From contig CM076002.1 of the NCBI GenBank assembly GCA_038087875.1, forward strand, positions 186,001-250,000: a stretch of 64,000 bases of DNA, given 5' to 3'. Below the pieces are notes generated by a model. That model searched no databases. It was not told the DNA's origin and worked only from the letters and a program-made list of their open reading frames with translations. The position numbers and the translations under genes were made by a program. This DNA comes from Malacoraja senta (Eukaryota). Positions 23,475 to 35,293 of this stretch are shown here, piece after piece (position 1 is the stretch's first letter; each line of letters begins with the position of its first letter).

Positions 23475-24333
23475 TTTTCCCTTCACCCATCTGCCCAAGC
23501 CCACTCTACCCCCTCCTTTCCTATGTTCCTTTCCACCCATAAACCTTTCTCTACCTTTACATTTCACTTCACTTTCAAATCTGCTCTACTTATCTACATG
23601 CATTTTTCTTCTTAACTTTATAGTCATAGAATGATGCAGTGTGGAAACAGGCCTTTCAGCCCAACTTGCCCACACCGACCAACATGTCCCATGTAAACTA
23701 GTCCCATTCACATGCATTTGGCCCATATCCATCTAAATCTGTCCTATCCATGCACGTGTCCAAATGTCTCTTAAACAGTAGGATAGTCCCAGCCTTAACT
23801 ACCTCCTCTGGCAGCTCGTTCCATACACCCACCACACTTTGTGCGAAAAAGCTACCTCAGATTCCTGTTAATTTCTGAAATATTGGTCATAAATTTGATG
23901 CAAAAATGCTCCAAAATAAGGCTCAGAATGCATCAGAGAGCATCTAAAACCCCTGAGCTTCCAAAGCCCGTAAGCAGGCCCTGGACCCGGCATCGAGGGA
24001 CTTCACGCTTTGCGCTCGTGATGTGCGCAGCGCGCACATTATTTCACATTAAATTTCTTGTAAACCTGTCATGCCACCCCCCTTTTTGAAAAGCTTTGTA
24101 CGGGCCTGCAAAGCCAAATTGGGTTGAACTACACTTACGCGTATTCTTATCAACAGTTCTGCAGGTGAGTGACCTGTTGTTGTGTGTTGTGTGGTTCTGT
24201 ACTTCAGCAAGAAACTAGCCAAACAATGTTTCATGCTGAGCTTTGAACTACCCTGTAAAACCTGTTTCTTGAGAGCTTCTTTGACAACTCTAACACCTTT
24301 CCGCCGCCCCATTGGAGGCTGGATGGTATGGGG

Positions 24334-27300
24334 CAGGGGTGGGGAACCTTTTCATGTTGGAATGCTGCATCTAATAAGATGCAGCTGTAACCTAATAAGG
24401 CTGCACCCAAGAAACCTCAATTAGATATACTTCAAAATGTACATTATTTTGTAAAAATCTAACTACTATGTACTAACTTCAAGTAAATTAATAAAAAAAT
24501 GTTAATTCTAAAGTTCTTTTTTTTTTTTAATTGTTTTGTTTATTTTATTAGAAGTTAATACAATACAAAACAATACAGTGGCACCTAATTTTAGGTGCCA
24601 ACTATGTCATAATGTAATGCATTCTATGTACAACCTCTAGTTTTATGTTTTTGAAAAGGAGGTAAAAAATAATTTAAAAAAAAGAAGAAAAAAAAAATAG
24701 AGAAAAGAAAGAGGAAAAATAAATAGTAGAAAATAGAAAAACGTGAAGTGTGTATATAAGAAAAGAAAAAATAGAAAGTAGAAATAGTAGAAAAAGACCC
24801 TTAAAAAAGAAATTTTCAAATCTTTGTTTGGAGATGTAAATCTATCCACGACCTGACCTGAAATCAGTAATCTTTACGGTACTGCTGCATCACATGATTC
24901 CAAAAAGTCGATGAAAGGTGACCAACTCCTTAAGAATTGGTCATATTTATCTATTAGGTGGTCTCATTTCTTCTAGGTGTGCTATGTCCGTCATATTCCT
25001 AATCCACATTTTAATAGTTGGTATTGCTGTATTTTTCCAAAATTTAAGTATCAATTTCTTTCCAATTATTAACCCATAATTAAAGAATACTTTTTGGTCT
25101 TTGTTTAAATTGATATCTTCTAATATTATTCCAAATATAATCCATTCCATATTAGGTTCTATTCTTGACTTGAAGAGCTTTGTAAATATATCAAATATAT
25201 CGCTCCAAAATGTATTCAACTTTGTACATCCTACAAATGAATGTGTTATGTTGGCATTTTGAAACAAACATTTATCGCATCTGGGAGAGACATTTGGGTA
25301 AAATTTATTCAACCTCGTTTTTGAATAATATAGTCTATGTAATAATTTAAATTGAATTAAATTATGTCTTGCATTAATGGAACAATTATGTGTATTCATC
25401 AGATACTTTTCCCATCTATCTTTCGGGATCTTTAACATTAGTTCATGTTCCCAATCTTCTCTTAGTGCCTCTGTTGAGGGTAATTCTCTATTTAATATAC
25501 TATTATAAAAATATTATATTAGTTTTTCTGAATCAGCCTTAATATTCATTGCTTCTTCCAAAGGGTCTAAAAATATAGTTTGAGATCTATGTATATATTT
25601 CTTCATAAAGTCACATATCTGTATATATTTAAAATATTGATTATCATTCAGTTTAAATTTTAATTTTAATTGTTGAAATGATAATAATTTGCCCAGTTCA
25701 TACATATCTCCTACTTTCCCAATCCCCAATCTATCCCATTGTGTGTATGTTTTGTCGATAAGAGATGGTTTGAATGCAGGATAATTCAGAATTGGGGTTA
25801 ATACTGATAGATTATTTAATTTCAAGGATAATTTTATTTGTTTCCAAATTCTTATTGTATTGTGAATAATTGGGTTCTTCTTATATATTATACTATTCAA
25901 TTTTATTGGTGAGAACAAGATCGTTCCTATATCGTACGGGAAACACTCCTCTTTTTCCATTCTTATCCACTCCGACTGGTGAGTTGAACTATCCAACCAG
26001 TACATTATGTTCTTAATATGCACTGCCCAGTAGTAATACGTAAAGTTAGGTAGTGATAAACCCCCAGCTTCTTTAGGTTTACACAAATGCTTTCGTTGAA
26101 TTCTGTGTGCTCTATAATCCCATATAAAATTAGTGATATTAGAATCTAGTTTTTTGAAAAAATATTTCGGAATATATATTAGGATCGCTTGAAACAAATA
26201 TATTAATTGTGGTAAGAAAGTCATTTTTATAGCATTAATTCTACCTATCAATGAGAGTGGGAGCGTTTTCCAAAATTTAATCATAACATTCAATTTATTT
26301 AATAGTGGCATAAAATTGGCGCTAAATAATGATTTGTGTCTTCTCGTAATTTGAATACCTAAATACTTGAATTTTTCTGTTGCAATTTTGAAAGGGAATT
26401 TTAATAAGTGTCTCGCATCCTGTGGTTTTAAAGACATGATTTCGCTTTTATTCCAGTTTATTCTATATCCTGAAAAAGAACCAAATTCCTCAATTAGTGT
26501 TAATAAGGTGGGAATACTCGTTTGTGTATTAGTAATATATAAAAGAATATCATCAGCATATAATGAAATTTTATTCTTTGAGTCCTTGGTATTATATCCG
26601 TGAATATTCGGATGATTTCTAATCCTTTCAGCCAGCGGTTCTATCATAAGGGCAAATAGCAATGGTGATAAGGCACAACCCTGCCTATTACCCCTTGATA
26701 AATAAAATTTTGAAGATAACATATTGTTAGTTAATATTCTTGCCGTAGGTTTATCATAAAGTAGTTTAACCCATCTAATAAAATTCTCTCCCGTATTAAA
26801 TTTTTCGAGTACCTTATATAAATACTGCCATTCTACCTGATCAAATGCCTTCTCTGCATCCAGCGTAACGACTGAAATATCTTCAATGTCCTCTTTGTGA
26901 GAGTACATTATATTGAAAAGCCTTCTCAAGTTATTAAATGATTGTCTTTTGGGTATCAATCCCGTTTGATCCAGGTTTACCAATTTATTAATATAATTAT
27001 TCAGTCTTCTTGCTAGAATCTTTGCTAAAATTTTCTGATCCGTATTTAAATGTGATATAGCTCTGTAAGAACCCGGTTCATCTAAATCTTTATCTTTTTT
27101 TGGTATAAGCGTTATTGTTGATTCTGCTAAAGTTTCTGGTAGTTTATTTTCGGTATAAGCCTGCGTGTATAAGTTGAGTAATCTTGGTACAAGTGACTCC
27201 TGAAAGCGTTTATAAAATTCATTACTAAAACCGTCTGGTCCTGGGGTCTTCCCAATTTTCAATGAGTTTATTATTTGTTTTATTTCTTCACTAGTAATCT

Positions 27301-30196
27301 GTGCTCCTAATTCCTCTTGTTCTAAACTATCCAATTTAGGGAGGATGCAAATATCTAGAAAATTTGTAATTTTACTATCATCTGTATTTATTTTAGTTGT
27401 GTATAAATTATGATAAAATTGGGCAAACCTTTTATTAATATCCTTTGGTAATGTTAGAAGCTCACCCTTATCAGATTTAATTTTAGTGATAGTATTTTCC
27501 ATTTCTTGTTGCCTCAGTTGCCTCGCTAATAATTTATGTGGCTTATCCCCAAATTCGAAGTGTGCCTGTTTTGTAATTTGGAATAGTCTTATTACTCTAC
27601 CCGATAATATTCTATTGAGTTTGTATTTCAATAAGGTTATCTTATTATGTTTATCTATGGTTGGGTCACTTGCATTGTCCAGTTCTAATGATTTTATTTC
27701 CTGTTCTATCCTCTGAAGTTCTCTTTTATTTTCTTTATTTTGATAACTTTGATAAGAGATTATAACACCGCGAATGTATGCCTTAAAGGTTTCCCATAAT
27801 AGCGATACAGAAATACCCGGCGTATCATTTGTCTCGAAAAAATTTGTTGTTTGTTCTTTTATATACTCATAACCCTGCGGGTTATTTAATATTTGTGCGT
27901 TGAATTTCCAAAAAGATTTTATACCCGGCATTCCCTCGATTTTAAGTATAAAAGTCAGTGGTGAATGATCGGAAATAATACTATTATGATATGATGGTTT
28001 AATTGTATACGGGATTAATTTTGTATCCACTAAGAAATAGTCAATTCGTGAATAAGTTTTATGAGGCGACGAGTAAAACGAATATTCCCTTCCAATTGGG
28101 TTTGCTATTCTCCAAACATCAGTTATGTTATTATTTTTTATATAAGTATTTAAATATTCACAGGTCTTGGTTTTAACTAGACGCTTCCCTACCTTTATTG
28201 ATTTATCTAAGTATGGGTCTATAACACAATTAAAATCTCCCCCCATTATAATATTTTGATAAAGTTCTAACCCTTTAATGACTTTGTTGTGACTGCTTTT
28301 TGTGGGAAAGCATTTGAATATTTGGTTGCAACATGGAGGTACGCAGATTCAGCTGATCTTCTAGATGGGTATCCGTCATTTGTGACCTTAAGGGCATATT
28401 GATTTGGGTTAGAATGTAGATTTGCAGCAATGTGGTTGAAAAGCATGAAAGCATTTTTCGTGCATGTTGCCGAAGACGTGGGTATTCTATTGCAGTTTTC
28501 CATATTTCAATCGGATTTTTCATAGTCAAATAAGGACTTTAAATGGCATCTTCTGAGAGCTCAATCAATTCCATCTATAGTTCTTTAGGAGCCTTGGAGA
28601 CATAAACTAGGTGAGGTTTAAATTCTAATTTGAGTGTGATGTCATGATTCTCAAAGTCAGTAAACCTTTCATTGTATTCTTTAATTAATACGTCTATAAC
28701 AGCTGCATATTCTTCGCATGAATCCTCCTGCTCATCAATGACCTTCGCTAACTGGGGAAAATGTTCATCCGAAATTTCATTTTGAAGAAGAGTTTTGAAA
28801 AAAGATAGCTTTTTTGCCACATATCATATATAGACTTAGTTTTACCTTGCAAAGAAACATTCATCATTTTGCTTTGACATGATATCACACAGAAATGCAG
28901 TATTTCTATAGAACATTCACATTGCTGATTCTGTTCTTCATGAAATTTAACTATCTGTTCTCGCAAAGATAAAATTTTGCTAACACCTGTCCCTGCGATA
29001 GCCAACGCACTTTACAATGATACAGCAAATCCACACTGAATGCCTCACCGTCCAACTTTAGCATATTACAAAACTGACGATGCCGTGTTGCATTTGCACG
29101 AATATAGTTAACAATACTTATGACTTGTTGCAAAGTGTCACTTAAAATAGTAGATTTAGCACAGAAATGTTGCTGATGTAAGATACAATGAAAAGAAATT
29201 AGAGCATCTGGATCTGATAATACCTTTTTCTATCTGTGCAATAAACCCTTCACGTTTTCCTGTCATGGAAGGTGCACCGTGTGTACATACACTCACTAAA
29301 TTAACCAAATCCAGTCCAACGACATTTATCTTGAAAGTTGTTGAAGAAATCTATTCCTCGTGTTCTACCCGTAAGAGTGCCCAAAGCGAGTAACTCTTTG
29401 TAGCAAAGAAAATCTTCTGTCATGGCCCGAATAAAATATAAAACCTGCGCCGAGTCAGTAGTATCAGTTGATTCATCCAAAGAGATTGAGTAATATATAT
29501 TTTCCTTTTGGAGTATTGCATGATGTTGTTCTGTTATGTTAGGGCTAATTCATGCTGCTGATCAGTTATAGTTCTCCTTGAAAGAGGCAGTTGTTTGCAC
29601 TGTGAAACCGTATCGGGGTCTAAGCATCCTACAACTTCGACAATGCATTCTTTTACGATTTCTACATCGCTACAAGGCTTCCCTTTTTTCCTGAGTATAT
29701 AAGCTACTTTATAAGTCGCTTCAGTAGCATTATTTCCGGGACGTACCGTTGCTTGAAATAACTGCCTTTGCCTTTGCTTTTCATCTTTTAATTTCTGCAA
29801 TGCAACCTTTCACGCCTGAAGACTGGACGGCCAGCGGATTCTCCCCGACATTTTCCCTCTCGTCACCCAGCCTCAGGCGGCGGTGGCACCAGTCAGGCAG
29901 GGAGATCAACGTACATTCTAGAGTCGCATTAGAACTAAATTATCAGCATTACAAGTTAAATAGCCCTCATGACTTACTAATGTTTTAATTGTGGCCGTCA
30001 GTCGGGGAGGATTATTTTGTTGAAACTTCTTTTACTCTTTGGTATTTCAAATACATTCATTTTAAGATTAAAATAAAAATAATAAAAGACGAACAAAAAC
30101 ATATTAATACAAATAAAAGGATTTGTTCTACAAAATTTGGATTCATTCAAAAGGCCGCACTTAATGACCTAGAAGGCCGCAGGTTCCCTACCCCTG
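24334..30196 (-). mobile_element. hAT DNA transposon (Buster/GTF2IRD2-like transposase, decayed)
   Basis: 16-bp TIRs caggggt(g/a)gggaacct; 8-bp TSD gtatgggg (24326-24333 / 30197-30204). Transposase fragments PLSRRTI, SLDESTD, GAPSMTG, FHCILHQQ and VRWLS lie at 28275-29800. Confidence 0.93.
24518..28259 (-). mobile_element. 5'-truncated L1-clade LINE nested in the hAT element
   Basis: ORF2 pieces 25514-28246 (910 aa, YADD) and 24947-25438; polyA at 24518; TSD taaagttct (24509-24517 / 28260-28268). Confidence 0.95.
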
Positions 30197-30604
30197 GTAT
30201 GGGGGAACAAGTGTGTGTTTTACACCATTCTGTTGCATGAACTCTTTGAGTCATTATGAACGAAACTGAGGCCCGTTATCAGTAGCAAGTTCTTCCGGTA
30301 AACCATGGCATGCAAAAATTGATCTCAACTCATCTATGGTACGCTCAGTAGCAGTGCTTGACCCCATATGCTTAACCTTTGGAATGACGATCTACTAGTA
30401 CCAGAAAGTGATCATTACCCTTTTCACAAAAATCTACATGAACTCTCTGAAAAGGTCGACTTGGCCATGACCAGGGTTGCAGTGGTGTTTTTGGTGGTTT
30501 ACTCTGGCAATTTTGGCAGACGCTACATTAGCTCACCAGTGACTCAATGTCACTGTCAATACCAGGCTAATACACAAAACTTCTGGCAATTGACTTCATG
30601 CTTA

Positions 30605-31207
30605 AAGGCCTGTCTCACGAGTCTGCGGTCTATGGCGGCGAAACGGGAGGAATCTGCCGCCATAGACCGCGCACTCGTGAGAAAGTACAATTCCCGGGCC
30701 GTGCGGCGGTGTTCCCAACACCGCGCGGTGCTAAAATAAAAACGACAATGTCCAAAACAAAATACTCACTGCACAACCTCCACCAGTGATGCACGAGTGC
30801 GCACGGCCGCTCGCACGGGCCGCCGCCAGTATGGCTCGAGCGCCGTGCGTCAAACCTCCACTGGCACAGCCTCCGCCAGTGACGCGCGTGCCGCCGCCAG
30901 TGAGGCACGTGTGCTGCACGGCCGCAGGCACAGCCACCGCTACAGCGCCGCGATCAGGATGGCCGCCGCCACAGCCGCCGCTGGTGAGTCACGTGCGGCG
31001 GGCCGACGTCATCGCAGTCGGCCCGCCCTTTTTTTACTTACCGCAAGCACGTGGGACCCGCCGTGTTTGAATTAACTCGGCCCCCGCGCATCATCCGTGC
31101 GGCGCTCCGGTGGATAGGCTCGACGCTCTCGCCGTTGCCGCACGGTCCTCGCTACCGGCAACGCCGCGCTTCACCGCCGATGACCGCAAACAGGTAAGAC
31201 AGAGCCT
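30605..31207. mobile_element. Non-autonomous PIF/Harbinger-like element, CpG-rich
   Basis: TTA TSD (30602-30604 / 31208-31210); imperfect TIRs aaggcctgtctcac / aggctctgtcttac. Removing it restores the Gypsy sequence HPGIV-SMKSIARS. Confidence 0.8.
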
Positions 31208-32115
31208 TTACTATGCCAGGATGTTCGGCATGAAGTTTGTTCATAATTTTGTTTCTCAAAGACTCTGGCACAACCACTCTGTAACCCCACTTAATGCATC
31301 CCTGCTCACATGATAATTCATGGCGTCGATTATGGAAAGGCTTCAGCTCTGAGTTCAGAACTGAGCTCAATCCACTATTGATTTCAGTCCATCCGTTCAA
31401 TCTGTTCATAGACCCACTTCAGCACATTGTCTTTCTTTGTTTCTGCTGCAATTTCTGTTGCCGTCACTGGAAAGTCTTCATCTACAACTTGCAGTGTGTA
31501 GATTGAGTTCTCACTTCCCACGTCAGAGTTCTCATGGGGCAACCGGGACAACGCATCTGCAACTGCGTTGCACTTGGAGCTTCTGTACTCCACCTTGTAG
31601 TCATACTGGGACAGCAAAATTGCCCAGCGCTGCATCCTTGATGCCGCCATGGAAGGTATAGCTGACTTGGGACCAAGTATTATTAGTAGTGGCTTGTGAT
31701 CAGTCACTAGGGTGAATGGTCTGCCGAGAAGAAACTGATGGAATTTCTTGATTCCGAACACGATGCTTAGTGATTCCTTTTCTATCTGTGCATAGTTGCG
31801 TTCACTCGGTGACAGGGTGTGGGATGCAAAAGCAATAGGCCTTTCCTGTCCGTCATTCATTACGTGGGAGATCACTGCACCTATACCATAACTTGAAGCA
31901 TCACAAGCAAGTTTCATCTCGCGTGTCGTATCGTAGTGAACAAGAAGTTTGTCCCTTGTCAAGTTTTCCTTGCAGATGTCATGTGCACGTTGCTGTTCCT
32001 TTCCCCACGTCCATTTCACATCTTTTTGTAGCAGATGTAGTGGCTTTAGCACAGATGCTAAATCTGGAAGGAATCGTGCATAGAACTGCACCATCCCAAG
32101 GAATGATCGTAGCTC

Positions 32116-32338
32116 GGCATCGGACGCTATGGAGTAGCGATGAAGAGGTGGGGCCTCGTGGACAGCGCCTTCTGCGAGTGTGGGGACCCAACACAGACAG
32201 TGGAGCACATAGTCACCAGTTGCCCCAAACACCGGCCACCGAATGGTGAATGAGGTCTGATTGACCTGGACGATGACACGTTGGCCAGGCTCGCCTCAAC
32301 GGAGCTGCAGGTCTAAAAGACACACGACAGAAGAAGAA
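32116..32338 (+). mobile_element. 3' end of a Vingi/Ingi-like LINE
   Basis: Encodes the CCHC knuckle CECGDPTQTVEHIVTSCP; (GAA)n tail; 11-bp TSD gatcgtagctc (32105-32115 / 32339-32349). The clade call is from recognition, not a search. Confidence 0.75.
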
Positions 32339-33007
32339 GATCGTAGCTCTGACACATTGTTGGGTTTTGGAGCATTCACTATTGCTTTAACTTTCGCCTT
32401 CACAGGGCAAAGTCCGTTGGCATCTACTTTGAGTCTAAGGTAGACCACCTCTGACTGTGCAAATGCACATTTACTTTGACGCAGTTTGATATTGTGGCAG
32501 TTCAGTCGTGTGAGAACTTGCTCGAGGATTTCCAGATGTTCCACCATGCCCTCTGTGAATATCAGTAGGTCATCCTCGTTGCACACACAGTGTGGAATGC
32601 CTTGTAATATTTGGTCCATGACAGACTGAAAACATTTCGGTGATGATTTCACATTATAGGGCAGCTTTGTATATGAATTCAAGCCCTTATGTTTGTTAAT
32701 AGTCAAGTACTGCTGACTTTTCTTGTCGACATTGAGTTGGGCGTAAGCGTGAGACAAATCCAGTTTAGTGAAGACTCTTGCTCCGCTAAGTTCTGCGTAC
32801 AGATCTTGCGAGGTTGGTAACGGATATTGTTCGTCATCAACGGCTTGGTTGATTGTGACTTTGTAGTCACCACATAGTCGAACAGTTTTGTCAGCCATGG
32901 GTACGGCCACAATTGGCGTTGCCCAGTTACTCTGGTCTGTCTTCACGAGTACTCCATTCCGTTCTAACCTGTCATGTTCTTCCTCCACTTATTGCTTTAG
33001 TGCATAT

Positions 33008-34284
33008 CAAGTCAAGTCAAGTCAAGTGAGTTTATTGTCATGTGTCCCTGGTAGGACAATGAAATTCTTGCTTTGCTTGAGCACAACAGAACATAGTTGG
33101 CATTTACTACAAGGCATTCTATAAATATATACACAATGGTCAATATACTGATAAAGTGCAAATAACAGTATTGGCTAGTAAAGTTCAGTGTTATTTCCGA
33201 GCCAGGTTTAATAGCCTGATGGCTGTGGGGAAGTAGCTGTTCCTGAACCTGGTCGTTGCAGTCTTCAGGCTCCTGTACCTTCTACCTGAAGGTAGTAGGG
33301 AGATGAGTGTGTGGCCAGGATGGTGTGGGTCCTTGATGATGCTGCCAGCCTTTTTGAGGCAGCGACTGTGGTAGATCCCCTCGATGGAAGGGAGGTCAGA
33401 GCCGATGATGGACTGGGCAGTGTTTACTACTTTTTGTAGCCTTTTCCTCTCCAGGGCACTCAAGTTGCCGAACCAAGCCAAGATGCAACCGGTCAGCATG
33501 CTCTCTACTGTGCACCTGTAGAAGTTAGAGAGAGTCCTCCTTGACAAACCGACTCTCCGTAATCTTCTCAGGAAGTAGAGGCGCTGATGTGCTTTCTTAA
33601 TAATGGCATCATTGTTCTCGGACCAGGAAAGATCTTCAGAGATGTGCACGCCCAGGAATTTGAAGCTCTTGACCCTTTCAACCATCGACCCGTTGATATA
33701 AACGGGACTGTGGGTCCCCATCCTACTCCTTCCAAAGTCCACAATCAGTTCCTTGGTTTTGCTGGTGTTGAGGGCCAGGTTGTTGTGCTGGCACCATATG
33801 GACAGTTGCTCGATCTCTCTTCTATACTCTGACTCATCCCCATCAGTGATACGTCCCACAACAGTGGTGTCATCAGCGAACTTGATGATGGAGTTCGCAC
33901 TATGTCCGGCTACGCAGTCATGAGTATAGAGTGAGTACAGCAGGGGACTGAGCACGCAGCCTTGAGGTGCTCCCGTGCTAATTGTTATCGAGTCTGACAC
34001 ATTTCCACCAATACGAACAGACTGTGGTCTGAGAGTGAGGAAGTCGAGGATCCAATTGCAGAGGGATGCGCAGAGACCCAGTTCTGCGAGTTTGGTAACC
34101 AGCTTGGAGGGGATGATTGTATTAAATGCCGAGCTGTAATCGATGAATAACAGCCTGACATATGAGTTTTTGTTGTCCAAGTGGTCCAGAGCGGAGTGGA
34201 GGGCCAGCGAGATCGCATCCACCGTTGATCTGTTGTGGCGGTAAGCGAACTGCAGTGGGTCCAGGTTTTTGTCGAGGTAGGAGT
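33008..34284 (-). mobile_element. Young 5'-truncated Rex1/Babar-like LINE
   Basis: Open frame 33191-34284 ([32 protein letters not shown]); (ttgac)n tail; TSD atat. Confidence 0.92.
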
Positions 34285-35293
34285 ATATGGTACAGGTCTT
34301 GGCTGACAATACACAGGTCTCACATCTTGCTTAAGTCGAATGTGTGCAGAGTACCCTGTTATTCCCGTGTAACTGTCGGCAAATATTTCTGCATGTTTGC
34401 TTATGACGTTTTCAAGATGTGATTTGGACAAATCAACGCTGAAAATGTTCTTGCAGTCTAACTCTATTCTACTTAGCCAATCCTTTCCAAGGAGGGTTGG
34501 TTTATTTCTGTAGCTGGCCACTATGATGAGCAGTGTTACTGACTGACCATTATGCTGAGCTTTACAGTTCATTTGTCCACATGTCTCCAAAACTTCACCG
34601 GAGTAGGTTCTCAGCTTGACCTTACTATCAAACAATGGTATCTGTGTGAACTTTGTTTCGTACAGGTCTCTGCTCATGACTGAACAATCTGCTGCTGTGT
34701 CAATACACATATCAATTAACTGTTCATTAATCAATAGTTTAGTTCGAAAGTCCTTGCCTTGGCTGGTTGTAAGCTTATCGATGTTGGTTGCATAAATGGT
34801 GTACAACCCAAATTCATTTCCATCTGGGTTCACCAAGTTGTGAACTCCTCTCTGGTGTTGTCTCTTGATTCCCGCAGATTTCCTGCATCTAACCTGTCCA
34901 ATCCTTTAACAATGTTATATGTTTCTATAAGATCCCCACTCATCCTTCTAAATTCCAGTGAATACTAGCCCAGTCGACCCATTCTTTCATCATATGTCAG
35001 TCCCGCCATCCCAGGAATTAATCTGGTGAACCTATGCTGCACTCCTACAATAGCAAGAATGTCATAGAAACAGAGAAAATAGGTGCAGGAGTAGGCCATT
35101 TGGCCCTTCGAGCCAGCACCGCCATTCAATGTGATCATGGCTGATCATCCAAAATCAGTATCCCATTCCCGCTTTTTCCTCATATCCCTTGATTCCCTTA
35201 GCCCTAAGAGCTAAATCTAACTCTCTCTTGAATACATCCAGGGACTTGGCCTCCACTGCCTTCTGTGGCAGAGAATTCTACAGATTCACAACT

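Larger units (their letters stand above)
9097..24108. mobile_element. Putative DNA-transposon-bounded composite insertion in the Gypsy integrase
   Basis: Gypsy sequence stops at ~9096 and resumes at 24109. The ends are weakly inverted (caatggccgtcc / caggcccgtac) and caaag flanks both sides. The two ends may belong to different elements. Confidence 0.35.
8314..34875 (-). mobile_element. Gypsy LTR retrotransposon remnant split by nested insertions
   Basis: Domains in Gypsy order: protease (IDTAADCSV, ~34286-34850), RT (32350-33005), RNase H (LACDASSYGIGAV, TDHKPL, 31208-32115), integrase (30205-30604, 24109-24333, 8615-9090), PPT (8456-8470) and 3' LTR. The 5' LTR and gag were not found. Confidence 0.9.

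Noticed and set aside
28275..29800. Domesticated GTF2IRD2/ZBED-like host gene
   Set aside because: Multiple frameshifts and stops, with intact TIRs and TSD, show it is a decayed transposon.
30630..31409. Overlapping Arg/Ala-rich ORFs
   Set aside because: By-products of the GC-rich Harbinger-like insert; no transposase or Myb motifs.
31384..32232. 282-aa ORF with an unusual N-terminus
   Set aside because: The N-terminus is the antisense strand of the Vingi-like insert fused to Gypsy RT/RNase H.
33985..34836. 283-aa ORF as a novel protease fusion gene
   Set aside because: Gypsy protease frame running out of frame into an inserted Rex1-like copy.
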